Shown here one piece after another: positions 48,897-60,000 of a stretch of 60,000 bases of DNA. Both the position numbers and the translations under genes were made by a program. Source of the stretch: Lama guanicoe (lineage: Eukaryota); contig MU053431.1 in NCBI GenBank assembly GCA_013239625.1, positions 2,384,485 through 2,444,484 of the forward strand, given 5' to 3'. Under the pieces are notes generated by a model that was not told the origin of the DNA, ran no database searches, and saw only the letters and a list, made by a program, of their open reading frames with translations. How positions within the stretch are numbered: the stretch's first letter is position 1; every line of letters begins with the position of its first letter.

Positions 48897-51800
48897 GTGG
48901 GGAACGGCGTGTGACCAGGATGGAGGAGTCACCCTCTCTTTCCTGATGGAAGCTGGGGGGCACCTCCTTCCACTGGAGCAGTTCTTGATCCCACACCTGG
49001 GGGCAGGACACGGCGCCCACAGCACATACTTCAAGTCAGCACCCTCGGGGCTCGCTTCCTCCCACCCTGAGCGCACACCGCAGGCCTGGGGAGGGGGCTG
49101 CACGCAGTGGCTCCAGCCAGTTACACCAGGGCCCAGTGGGCAGCGGGAGCTGCATAGGCTGAGCGCCTGGTGGGTCCCCGGGTCTTCAGACTGGCCCAGC
49201 TGCTCCTGCCCAGCCAGCTGCCCTCACCTTCTCTCCAGTTTCTTATTGACACAGTTTCTCAGGGCAAAGTCAGAGCAGAAGCCCGTCTCAGAGTTAGGAG
49301 CATGGACTTTGTCCCCCAGCCCCGTGTTGCTTTGCTGGGCCATCCTCGCCCAGAGGACATTCAGACATGAGGCGAGTGCGTCTCGCTACACTCATGCTCT
49401 TCGGTGGCCTGTAGGGCTGTTGTTTGGAGTCAGCAGGTGGTCTGCATGTCCCTGGGCCAGGCGGGCCTCACTCTGGGCTTCGGGATTTGCTTAAGGGTCG
49501 GGGGGCCTGTCTGGCTGTGTGCAGGCTCAGTGGGCTCGAGGCCCTGGGTGACCTGCTGGGCAGTGCCTGCCACTCAGTGGCCCCACCCCATCTCCCCACT
49601 CTTCACTGTGCTTCTGAGGCTCCACCCACACCCCCCCCAGTCCACACTTGGCACAGTAGGGCCGTGCAGGGCAGCGTCTCTGCCCCCCCAGTATCAGGTA
49701 CCAGCAGCCCCCGTCTGGGCCATGCAGCAGGTAGCGGCCTCATGCCATCTCGGGCATTTGTGCCCCCTGCATCACTGCCTGCTCTGTCTTCCTGAGGCCG
49801 CCGCTTCCAGTCTCTGATCTGGGTCAGCTTTCACCCTCTGTCGTATACAAACCATGTCTCAAGGTCCAGCCCTGAGCTCTTCATGGATTCACCACAGGCT
49901 GCCTGTCCGAGCAGCCCGATGCCCCACCAAGGCCAGCAGCCTGCCCTGTGGCCCTGCCCACGCCTGCCCAGCACACCCACATTCCCTAGGGGCCCCCCGC
50001 TGGCGCCCATAGGTGCTCAGGAACCAGCTTTGGAGCAGGCAGCTGCCAGCCACACGTAAGCGGGTGGAGAGACACCCAGAGAGAGTAGGCCTGTGGGCAG
50101 CCCAGGGCAGGCCAAGGCGCCAAGTCAGTCCCTAGGGCCGCTTAGAGCAGCTGCCAAAGGAGATTCCAGACTCCTACGTTCGGTGGTGTTTGAGTTCCAG
50201 AGTCCAGAGTTGGGAGGAACCCATCCACGAAGGGGCATTCCAGGGAGTGGGCCTGCAAAGGCCTGGGATGAGGGTGCAGTGGGCTGGGCCCCTTGGGAGA
50301 GGAGAGTGCCCTGCACACTGACCTGTTTATCCGCAGGGACCCGAGGGGATGAGCAGAGGGCCTACCTGGCAGGGGTGGCGCCTCCAGGGCGGGGCCGCAG
50401 ATGGGGTCAGTACTCCCCTAGACCCAGCAGTCCCACTGCATCATGGTCAGAGAAGTGCCAGGAGGAAGTGTAGCAGAGCCCGGCCTGCAGGAAACATTCC
50501 TGCTTCTTGATACAGCTGCACTTCCAGGGGATGGGGTCCCAGGGGAACTTGCAGAGCTGGCTGTGGGTGGGTACTGGCACTTAGCCCGCGAGGAGATGCT
50601 ACATCAGGCTCTCCCATGGGCCCTGGCTTCTCCCCACCCGCTCACCCCGGTGTCCGGTGCTCAGACAGAGCAGCCACGCCAATGTCTGAAATTATCCCTT
50701 CCCTGGAGGCAGGAGGACCACTCCTGGGGCTGAGATGCAGGGGTTTGCAGGGGAAGCCAAGGCCTCAGAGTGGCCTCACCTGCTGGCGTGGCCTCCGCCC
50801 TGGGGTCAAGGCCAGTGGGTGGCTCTGTACCTGCAGGCGGACACTGAGGCAAATCGCAAGGCCAGGTGTCTGCCATCTGGACGGTGGAGGGGAAGGTGCC
50901 TCCTGAGGTTCCTCCTGCTGGCGCTTGCTCAGGCTGTGTCCCAGGGCACAGTGCCCCACTGGTCCCCCGGAGTCCAGAGAACAGAGCGTAGCTCCACGCT
51001 CGCCCCAGCCTCTTCCCAGCCCTTCCCGTTTGCAGGAAGATTTGGGGGTGAGGCTTCCTCTCCTGTGTGCTCTCAGCACCTGGTCTCTGTTTCACGGACA
51101 CCGGACACCGAGTAGGAGGCGAGGCTTCATCTCTGGTGTCCGGCCCAGCAGAAGCTCCCTGGCACGGTGCAGGGCGGGAATTACACCCCCTTTCCTGCGC
51201 ACTCGCTGCGTGGCCTTGTCTGCTGGGGTTGGGGGCGCGCTCCCCCCGCTGCTCCTTTACGTGGGTCTCCGTGGCCTTTTTTCCGCCTGGCGAGTTTGGG
51301 CGGCAGTCTGTTCACTTCCTGTGAGGCTCCGGTTGGGCTTTTGGCCTGGCTGCCCTTGGACTTGCAGTTTCCTGTGGGGGAGCCAGCGGCTTCATGGTGT
51401 TAAGAATGGGCAGAAGATTCAGTGCTCTGCTCTGCAGGGAAGTTTTAAGTTCTGTCGGGAGGAAATGGCCCTCTTTCTTAGTTTACTTCTGGTGTTCTTT
51501 GTACTTGCTGTTGCCGTCGTAAAGGGGGCTTGTGTGAGGAACCTGCTGGTTTTTGTCTGTCGGCCTCGGGTGGAGGTATCTGAGAAAGACATCTTTGTAG
51601 TTCTGAGCATCTGTCATTTTGTTTTCCTGGATGTTCTGAGTAGGCAGTCACGTCGTTGGTGACATCTAGTGTTTTGCACCTTCTGCTCCGCTGTTCACCT
51701 CTTGTAGTTCTCTCTTGGCTCGTTGCATTGGCTAAAAGCGCACTTCTTGTTTTACTCCTCCTGTCCCTTCTGGAAATCAACTAGGTTCCTTGCCGCTGGC

Positions 51801-52135
51801 CCAGTCCTGGGTGAGAGGGGAGGGGTCGGGCTGCTGACTTGGGCCTAGTCCCCGTGGGAGCACATGGACTGGCTGCCAGGGGGCCGGGGGGCGCTGCAGG
51901 GTGACTGTGTCTCCAGTGCAGTGGGGTCCTTGAGGCGAGGGGACAGGCAGTTCCCATTTCTCGGCCTGGGGTCCTGCCCCAGAGTCGCTGCCGACATGGA
52001 GGCAGGGGCAGGTTATGCTGTGGCTTTGAGCACATCTGTCCTGTGTGGGTGCAGCTCAGCAGGAGTGGCAGCCTCTGGTGTGTCTTGAGTGACCAGTGTG
52101 GCCTGCCAACTTTGTCCCCCATCTCTTCCTTCTAG

Positions 52136-52210
52136 AGCGTGTTTAGCGTGGACCCTGCTGAAGGCGGCCCTGGTTCCATGGTGGGGCCTGGGGCCTCTCA
52201 GTCCTACAAG
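52136..52210 (+). CDS. RTEL1: RTEL1 exon 15 ([25 protein letters not shown])
   Basis: Homology; 75 nt using the first of two identical donors. Confidence 0.93.
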
Positions 52211-52311
52211 GTGGGGGCTCCCTCCAGGATGCAGGGCCCCCGGGCGGGGGTCTCAGTCCTACAAGGTGGGGGCTCCCTCCAGGATGCAGGGCCCCCGGGC
52301 GGGGGTCTCAG
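52196..52311. repeat. Perfect 55-bp tandem duplication across the RTEL1 exon 15 donor
   Basis: 52196-52250 equals 52251-52305, followed by a third tctcag at 52306-52311. Confidence 0.98.
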
Positions 52312-52337
52312 AACACCCGTCCATTCCACTTCTCCAG

Positions 52338-52419
52338 GTGCACATTCACCCAGATGTTGGTCACCGGAGGGTAGCCCAGCGGTCAGATGCCTGGAACATC
52401 ACAGCGGCCAGAAAGCAAG
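52338..52419 (+). CDS. RTEL1: RTEL1 exon 16 ([19 protein letters not shown]...)
   Basis: Homology and AG/GT boundaries. Confidence 0.96.
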
Positions 52420-53291
52420 GTACATAGAGCACTTCAAGGGGCCGGGACAGGCTCCCCTGCCCAGCCTGGTGGCCCCTCCTCCAGTTGTTGGCTCCCAGCT
52501 GCCTGTTGGTCTGTTCTCCCCACGAAGTCGCTACCTGCTTTCTGAAAGTCAGAGAGATCAGAGTGAGAAAGACTTCAGGGGGGCACGGGGACTGCCTGGA
52601 GTCACCTGGTGGGGATCCCACCTGACATGTTTCTACAAGGGGTCTGTCAGCCCACACACTCCGCAGAGCACACAGGGGGCCTGGGGCCTGGGGCTGGTAC
52701 TGGGTCCCCAAGGTCTCCTGTGGTGACTCCTGCCATCGCTGGTGCGGGGCTGGCCCCGACGACGTGGGCCTGCGCCCACCGCCTTCTCGTCACAGGGCAG
52801 ACCCCGTCCCGGAAAGTGGTTGGTTCTTTTTTGGGAGTGTCCCTGCTGACCTTGGCATGGCCTTGACTTTAATCCTTAAAGCATCTGCTGGTGCTGTTTC
52901 CATTTGCTGAGGTCTGCAGGGGAGGTGGGCGTGTCTGTGTGTGTAGGCACAGCTGGTTTCCTGCCTCCAGGGGAACGTGGGCCGCGCCCCTCCCTCCTTT
53001 GCCGTCCTGCCCGGAGTCTGGTGGATGGTTCCCCATGCCCTGAGCCACGTGGATGTCTGGGGTAGGGGTAGGCTGACCTCTCTGGAAGTGACCTCGGCAT
53101 CCCCACCCACCTTGGGGGTCCTGGGGAAGCTCCTCTGGGTCTGCATCCTGCTCCTGGGACCCCCGAGGGAGGGCCCCAGCCATGCGCTCAGCTCCCTGCT
53201 CAGGCAGGCCCCGGGATCAGACCGTGGGAGAGACGCACCAGGGCTGCTGGGGGGCCCGGGGGCCCTGGCCTCACTCTCTCAGCCCCCGCAG

Positions 53292-53424
53292 GGAAGGTGT
53301 TGAGCTACTGGTGCTTCAGCCCCGGCCACAGCGTGCGTGAGCTGGTCCGCCAGGGCGTGCGCAGCCTCATCCTCACCAGCGGCACACTGGCCCCTGTGTC
53401 CTCCTTCGCCCTGGAGATGCAGAT
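53292..53424 (+). CDS. RTEL1: RTEL1 exon 17 ([11 protein letters not shown]...[10 protein letters not shown]...)
   Basis: Motif III TSGTL; AG/GT boundaries. Confidence 0.97.
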
Positions 53425-53504
53425 GTAAGGGCTGCCCCCCTGCCCTGGGCTGGTGGGGTGCTGGGGGACCAGGGTCTCTCAGTGCCACACCCGCCTCCCT
53501 CTAG

Positions 53505-53618
53505 TCCTTTCCCCGTCTGCCTGGAGAACCCCCACGTCATCGACAAGCACCAGATCTGGGTGGGGATCGTCCCCAAAGGCCCTGATGGAGCCCAGCTGAG
53601 CTCTGCCTTTGACAAACG
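53505..53618 (+). CDS. RTEL1: RTEL1 exon 18 ([18 protein letters not shown]...)
   Basis: Homology and AG/GT boundaries. Confidence 0.97.
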
Positions 53619-53696
53619 GTAGGGGGCCTGGCGGGCTAGGAGGTGGACGGGCCAAGTGCTGGGGACTCTCACGGCAACGGCGTCCTGGTTCCACAG

Positions 53697-53737
53697 GTTC
53701 TCTGAGGAGTGCTTGTCCTCCCTGGGGAAGGCGCTGG
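53697..53737 (+). CDS. RTEL1: RTEL1 exon 19 (FSEECLSSLGKAL)
   Basis: Homology and AG/GT boundaries. Confidence 0.96.
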
Positions 53738-53881
53738 GTGAGTGCCCATCCAGTCCCAGGGCCCTGCCCCATTCTGAGCCCACCCCCACTCTGCTCGCTG
53801 TCCTGCCTGGTCGCCCTCGGGGAGCCAGTGGGAGCCTCTGCGGTCACCCTCTCCTGCTGACCAAGGCCGCGGCACCTGCAG

Positions 53882-53967
53882 GCAACATCGCACGCGTGGT
53901 CCCCCATGGGCTCCTCGTCTTCTTCCCTTCCTACCCTGTCATGGAGAAAAGCCTGGAGTTCTGGCGG
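53882..53967 (+). CDS. RTEL1: RTEL1 exon 20 (NIARVVPHGLLVFFPSYPVMEK...)
   Basis: Motif IV FFPSY; AG/GT boundaries. Confidence 0.97.
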
Positions 53968-54099
53968 GTGCGTCTCTCCTCTGAGTGTCTGCCTGGCGGG
54001 GGAGGGGAGCCCCAATGGCCAAGGGTCTGGTGGGGCCAGAGGGAGGGCCCTCATCTGAGAGGGTGTTTCAGGAGTCCCCTTCCCCACCTCTTCCCACAG

Positions 54100-54177
54100 G
54101 CCCGCGACTTCGCCAGGAAGCTGGAGGTCCTGAAGCCCCTGTTCGTGGAGCCCAGGAGCAAAGGAGGCTTCTCGGAG
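54100..54177 (+). CDS. RTEL1: RTEL1 exon 21 (ARDFARKLEVLKPLFVEPRSKGGFSE)
   Basis: Homology and AG/GT boundaries. Confidence 0.96.
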
Positions 54178-54544
54178 GTCTGGTCACTGGGCTCCGCTGC
54201 CCTGCTGGGCTGGCCGCTGTCCCTGACCAGGGGCTCAGGCCAGCTCCAGGCTGTGTGGCACTTAGGTCCTGCTGGCCTTTGAGAAAGTTTGGGCACAGGG
54301 ACAGCGGCAGGAGACACTGTGTCTGTGGGGCTGGCAGCGAAGCAGGGCTCCCCGCCCACCCAGCCCTGGGGCCTCTGTGTTTTCTGGGAACAGCGAGGGT
54401 GCCTGTGCCATGGAGAAGGTTCTGGAACCCTCCTGGCTCACTCCCTGCTGGGACTGCTTCACCTCAGAGGGGGATACCTGGAGCCTTGCTCGTGGAGGTG
54501 GAGGGGCCCCCACAGGGGCCAGACTGACTAGCCAGTCCTTCCAG

Positions 54545-54622
54545 GTCATGGATGCTTACTATGCAAGAGTGGCTGCCCCTGGGTCCAGCGGGGCTACCTT
54601 CCTGGCCGTGTGCCGGGGGAAG
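54545..54622 (+). CDS. RTEL1: RTEL1 exon 22 (VMDAYYARVAAPGSSGATFLAVCRGK)
   Basis: Homology and AG/GT boundaries. Confidence 0.97.
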
Positions 54623-55040
54623 GTGAGAGCTCCAGGGTCTGGGTCCGACGCTGGCTGGCCCTTCCTCCCTGTCTGGTGCCAGTGCCTGAGGGAGCTCAGG
54701 GCTCCTGGCCTGGGGGCTGCACTATGGGCGATAGGGGCCCACCAGCCACTCAGGCCCCATGAGCAGCAAACACAGGAGGTTGTGGGCCTGCTGGTCTGGG
54801 CTGGGGTGGGCCCTGGGCAGGGAGGACGGAGGCGGGTCTGAGGACGAGGAGCTGGTAGTGGGGCTCTGGGGGCGGTGGACCCCAGGTGCGGCCTGGCTCA
54901 GGGTCGGAGGTTTCTCCCACCCTGCGCATCCCTTGGGGGAGATGGCTGTGAGAGTCTGGGCATGGGTAGACCCTTTGGGAAGGTGGGGGGCATACATGGA
55001 GGCAGACAGGGGAAAAAAAGAGTGGCCACTGCCCCCCCAG

Positions 55041-55187
55041 GCCAGTGAGGGACTGGACTTCGCAGACGTGAATGGCCGGGGAGTGATCATCACAGGCCTC
55101 CCGTACCCCCCACGCATGGACCCCCGGGTTGTTCTCAAGATGCAGTTCCTGGATGAGATGAAGGGCCAGGGTGGGGCCGTGGGCCAG
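55041..55187 (+). CDS. RTEL1: RTEL1 exon 23 (ASEGLDFAD...GLPYPP...)
   Basis: Motif V; AG/GT boundaries. Confidence 0.97.
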
Positions 55188-55236
55188 GTGAGATGCGTGG
55201 GCCGGGCGTGGGGGTGGGGTGCTCTAGCCCCTGTGA

Positions 55237-55683
<447 letters not shown>

Positions 55684-55686
55684 TAG

Positions 55687-55831
55687 ATGCCGGTGCCCAC
55701 TGTTCTGGCTGCTGCCCCGAGTCTGGGCGAAGAAGGTACCATCTCAGCGGCCGTGTCGCCCAGCTCCCTCCCCACCAGGAAAGCCATGAGTCTGGATGTG
55801 CATGTGCCTAGCCTGAGGCAAAGATGCACGG
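55687..55831 (+). CDS. RTEL1: RTEL1 exon 26 (MPVPTV...[16 protein letters not shown])
   Basis: SLDxHVPSL motif; phase-consistent AG/GT boundaries. Confidence 0.9.
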
Positions 55832-55983
55832 GTGTGTGTGGCTGGGGGACCTGCTGGGTGGGGGCCTTGGGGTGGAGGGCAGGGCTGGTGGCACACTGGG
55901 CCCGTGGCAGGCCCAGCAGGCCTGACTCGCTGGGGGCTCTGCTCTCCCTGGGGACGGTGCTGCCCACACACGTGCTCCTGCAG

Positions 55984-56141
55984 GGTCCCCAGTTGCCGAG
56001 GATGCGGAGGGCAGCCTGTGTGTGGAGTATGAGCAGAGGCCTGTCCAGGCCCAGCGGCGGGCCTGGGGGCTGCTGGCTGCCCTGGAACACAGCGAGCAGC
56101 TGGCCAAGGGGCCTGGGGATGAGGCCCTCTCCGGGGAGGAG
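55984..56141 (+). CDS. RTEL1: RTEL1 exon 27 (SPVAED...SLCVEYEQ...[11 protein letters not shown]...)
   Basis: Homology and AG/GT boundaries. Confidence 0.92.
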
Positions 56142-56642
56142 GTATGCGTGCCGAGGTCCCTGGAGGTGGATACCAGGGGCTCTCTGCCCGTCTGCTCTTG
56201 GATATCGCCACATCAGCCCTGCCCCACCCCTTTGTCAGGAGGGCGGTTGGGGTCTTCCAGCACCTGCCTGGAGAGCTGTGTGCCGCCTCCCCCCCACCAG
56301 CACAGCCCCGACCCTCTACTGGTTCCCCCACATGCCCTGGGGTTCTCTCTGGGGCATCAGCTGGGCAGTCTGCTCTGGTTCCAGCTCCTACTATAGACAA
56401 GGCAGATCCTTTCTGGGACCTTCTGCCCTGGGATCTTTGTCCAGAGCCCGTACTCTCCCGCCTGACCTGCAGCTCCGTGCCTCTCTCCCGCCCTGCCCTC
56501 TGGGCCCCGGGGTGAGCCGGTTACTATAAAACTGCCGCCCAGAGCCTGCTCTCACACTTGGTTCCCAAGGGGTGCTTCTCCCTGCCCTGCGAGCTTTGGA
56601 GCCCTGAGGGTGTGGGCTGAACCACACCTGTGTCTCCCTCAG

Positions 56643-56738
56643 GCACCCCTCCACTCCACCTTGTCAGTCCTGCGTGAGAAGAGACCAGCCGATGAACAGA
56701 GAGGCAGGAGGAGGAAGGTCAGGCTGGTCGGTGCCCCG
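56643..56738 (+). CDS. RTEL1: RTEL1 exon 28 (…EKRPADEQRGRRRKVRLV…, NLS-like)
   Basis: Homology and AG/GT boundaries. Confidence 0.93.
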
Positions 56739-58042
56739 GTACGTGAGGCGCCCACAGATGGGTCCGGAGGTGCGATGGGAGCCTCCAGCTGGTGCGGCTC
56801 TGCATGGCCCCCGGCCAAGCAGTGGGAGGTGTGAGTGGGCCAGACCTCCCCACTGGCCCAACTCAGCTGTCCCCACAAGGTGGACAGGTTCTGGAGGCCT
56901 GTTGGAGCCGGGCCAGGGAAGGGAGCCTGCCGGCCTGTGGGCAGGGGCAGGGCTCTGTGTGCCTCCCCCGCCCCGGTCCAGGAGCAGGTGCAGGAGGGGA
57001 GCGAGCGGCAGACCCACAGCCTGCACGCCTCCCCCAAGGAGATGGCTCTGCAGCCCACTGCTGCCGTCCACCCCCAGGGCCCTGGTCCTGTCCTTCGTCT
57101 ATCTTCACTCTTTGCTGAGGCACCTCAGGCCCCACGGTGCCCTCAGGAACAGCGTGGAGCCCCTGCGTGCGATGCCACTTCCCGTTTCTGGGGCCTCCAG
57201 CAGCGCCCACTTGGGGCAGTACTTCTGCGTTCTACAGAGCTGGGGTCAGATTCGGGCCTTTTGTTTTATTCTTTGGTGGGGTCCACACAGGCCCGTGGGC
57301 TCCTTCCCTGCGAGGCTCTGCCTACCAGCCTGGCAGGAGCCAGGCCCCAGCCCTTTAGGCAGGTTTGGTGTGGGGCCTGCTGCCGGCTGGCTCCCCTGGG
57401 CGGGGTGGGGCTCTTGGCATGAGTGAGGATGCTGATGTGCCTGAGTGAGGAGCGTGGTGTTCCCAGCCTCGGATGAAAGCAGTTAAGAGCAACGGAGTTA
57501 CATTCTGGAAGCCTGTGGAAAACCCCAGATGCCACTGCCTTTGTCCACTTCCCTTGGCTTCTGGAAAGAAGCGGGCGGTGCTGTGGGGCCTGACACTGAG
57601 GAAGTGGCCTCTGAAAGCCAAGCTAGATGGCAGCTTGGGAACCTGGGCCCTCCTATTTGGTTTCCACGCTTCCTTGCAGCAGGCCCGGGGCCAGGGCTGG
57701 GGTGTGCCCCAGAAGTGGGGCAGAGGGACATTTGAAGTCCCTGAGACATTGTGAAGTGTCCCGTGCTGTGAGCTGACCGTCCTCCAAGCCAGGTGCGGCC
57801 ACCTCAGCTGCCCCTGCCTTGGGCATGGGGAACTTGGCAGAGGAGCCAAAGCCCCCAGCCCAGTGAGAGTGAGTCTGCACTTGGTCCCTTTGTTGCTCTT
57901 GGAGGGGCATGGCCATCTGAAGCTGAAGCTGGCTCCCCCTGGCTGCCTGCATCCTCCCTGGCAGCACCTGGCCACGGCTCGCTGTCCCTGCAGACCAGGA
58001 AGGGTCAGCACCACCTGACGGGGCCTGGGTGTGTGTCAGCAG

Positions 58043-58241
58043 GAGGTGCCGGCAGCCGGGACGGAGGTGGGCAGAGCCAAGCTGTTTATGGTGGCTGTGA
58101 AGCGGGCACTGAGCCAGGCCAGCTTCGACGCCTTCACCCGGGCTCTGTGGGACTACAAAGGCTCTGACGACCTTGCGGCCCTGACGGCGCGCCTCGGCCC
58201 TCTCTTTGCTGAGGATCCCAGGAAGCACGGCCTGCTCCGAG
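58043..58241 (+). CDS. RTEL1: RTEL1 exon 29 (harmonin-like domain 1); alternative start at 58040
   Basis: [15 protein letters not shown]...; CAGCAG acceptor, GT donor. Confidence 0.93.
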
Positions 58242-58408
58242 GTGCGCTGGCTGCAGAGGCTGCCTGCTGGAAGGGCCGTGCTGCAGCTGTGGGTGGGGGC
58301 CCCCGGGGGCCACGGCTGACTTGCTCCCTAGAAGAGGTGCGAGTGGGGACCCCGGTCCCAGAGCCTGCAGCCCCCAGGACCCCAGGCCAAGACCCCTCCC
58401 CCACACAG

Positions 58409-58549
58409 GCTTTTATCAGTTCGTGCGGCCCCATCACAAGCGGCAGTTCGAGGAGGTCTGCCTCCAGCTGACGGGCCAAGGCTGCAGCTACCCGCCCGAG
58501 CGCGGCCTTTCCCGGAGACTGGGGGCCCAGCTGGCCCTGGGCCCCAGCG
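58409..58549 (+). CDS. RTEL1: RTEL1 exon 30 ([17 protein letters not shown]...)
   Basis: Homology and AG/GT boundaries. Confidence 0.96.
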
Positions 58550-59073
58550 GTGAGTGGGGCCCTCCAACTTGGACCCTGAGGGTGGAGTGATGCCTGGCTC
58601 TTGGGGTGGGTCCTCACGTGGCGCATTTCCCAGTTCCTGAGGCTGGCGGGTTCTGGCAGGGTGACACCACTTTGGGGAGGTATGGGCCCCAGAGCATGCA
58701 CAGCTGGGGCCCAGACCTCCCAGAAGGGCCTGCACCTGGGGAGTCATTCACCGCGTCTCTTCCTGGTGCGGGCCCTGCACTTCCAGAGCCTGGGAGCTGC
58801 TGCCCCTGTTAAGGAAGAGGCCACAACTGGGCAGGGGCCCCCAGAATTGCCATCCCTCGGCCCTCTTGGGGACTTGGTGCCCACGGAGCATCCTCCTGCC
58901 TGTCCCACCCCCCAGTCGTCAGGGACAGGAGTCAGGGTCCTCCTGCAGCAGTCTGTGGAGAGTTGTGTGGCCCGGTGTCCCCTCGGACAGACCAGACCTG
59001 CCCCCTCCCCAGGGTACACTTAGGATCCTCAGGAGCCAATTGTGTGGCTCATGGTGTCTCCTCGTTACTTCAG

Positions 59074-59190
59074 GAAGGAGGGAGCCTGACCCCAAGCTGA
59101 CCCTGTCCCGGGGTGCAGCTGGGCAGCTGGACCCCAGCGAGCACCTGAACCAGGGCCGGCCCCACCTGGCTTCCAAGCCGCCCTCTACAG
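59074..59190 (+). CDS. RTEL1: RTEL1 exon 31 (…DPKLTLS…[14 protein letters not shown]…)
   Basis: Homology and AG/GT boundaries. Confidence 0.95.
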
Positions 59191-59354
59191 GTACCTGGTC
59201 CCTGAAGAGGCTTCAGACCAGAGCCTGAGCAGCACTGACTCCTGGGGGGAGGAGGCTCCCAAGGACCACTCCAGCTCTGCGCCCTCAGAATAAGGGAGGC
59301 CAGCGCATGTTCCCAGGAAGCCAAGTGGACCGAGAACTGTGGCCTTCCCACCAG

Positions 59355-59588
59355 GAGACCCCGGCAGCTGTCCACAGGATGGGTCTGGAGCCTCTGGAAC
59401 AAAGCAGCAGAGCCCGCCTGCCGTGAGCGCCTACCTGGCTGACGCCCGCAGGGCCCTGGGGGCCACGGGCCACAGCCAGCTCCTGGCAGCGCTGACCGCC
59501 TACAAGCGGGACGACGACTTCGAGCAGATGGCAGCTGTGGTGGCCGCCCTCACCACTGCGAAGACTGAGGACCTGCCCCTGCTGCAGA
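59355..59588 (+). CDS. RTEL1: RTEL1 exon 32 (harmonin-like domain 2), ending at a GC donor
   Basis: [14 protein letters not shown]...; A|GCAAGT keeps the frame into exon 33. Confidence 0.93.
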
Positions 59589-59671
59589 GCAAGTGGCCTG
59601 GGCGGGTGGGCGGCCGGGCAGGCGGCGTAGGTGGGTTGGGTGGGGCCAGGCCTGAGCTGCGCTCCCTGCAG

Positions 59672-59833
59672 GGTTCGGCATGTTTGTGCGTCCGCATCAC
59701 AAGCCGCGCTTCCGGCAGATGTGTGCAGACCTTAGCGGCCTGCCTGCCCTGGGCACCGGCACTGAGACCCTAGGACCCCAGGATGGGAGCCCTGCCGTGC
59801 CTCCTGACCTCGCCCATGGGGCTCCCAGTCCAG
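59672..59833 (+). CDS. RTEL1: RTEL1 exon 33 ([17 protein letters not shown]...)
   Basis: Homology and AG/GT boundaries. Confidence 0.95.
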
Positions 59834-59960
59834 GTAAGGTGGCCAGCCTGGCTCTGCTGCCCTGTACCACCACCCCCCCCTGCACCACTCAGCCCTGGCA
59901 GGGTGGGTAGCGGGCAGCAGAGAAGTGCCAGGCGCCCCTCAGACTTCTTCCCATCTCCAG

Positions 59961-60000
59961 GCCCCTCGCAGCCAGAGAGACCGGGGAAGACCCAGAGCAA
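59961..60000 (+). CDS. RTEL1: RTEL1 exon 34, partial (PSQPERPGKTQS, start of PIP box)
   Basis: Acceptor ctccag; GKTQS precedes the PIP box in RTEL1; cut by the window end. Confidence 0.9.

Noticed and set aside
52257..52265. 9-nt microexon (TCCTACAAG) made by the duplication
   Set aside because: It needs a 46-nt upstream intron with no pyrimidine tract, which is implausible.
58043..59833. Repeated FVRPHHK motif as a new internal duplication
   Set aside because: These are the two known harmonin-like domains of RTEL1.

Overview
Mammalian genomic DNA, GC-rich, with the gene order of the human 20q13.33 block. A Vic-1-type tRNA-Ala-derived SINE suggests a camelid. Three protein-coding genes are present: the first coding exon, long first intron and CpG-island promoter of GMEB2 (- strand; a 109-N gap at 10333-10441 hides part of the promoter); the complete five-exon STMN3 (- strand, 180 aa); and RTEL1 (+ strand, 33 coding exons in one frame, cut off by the window end in the PIP-box exon). 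Introns and the intergenic region hold L1, LTR, hAT, MIR and SINE relics plus a U6 retrocopy. No new gene family or system could be demonstrated. The best leads are: (1) an exact 55-bp tandem duplication copying the RTEL1 exon 15 splice donor, creating a competing frameshifting donor; (2) an L1 and a U6 retrocopy apparently inserted at the same endonuclease site, leaving three copies of the target sequence; (3) G-tract-rich weak introns in RTEL1, including a 64-nt intron and a GC-AG intron; (4) upstream and overlapping ORFs in the RTEL1 leader; (5) an RE1/REST-like site overlapping the STMN3 start codon. Exon boundaries were read by hand. Repeat family names and ortholog comparisons come from memory, not a search, and most repeat boundaries are approximate.
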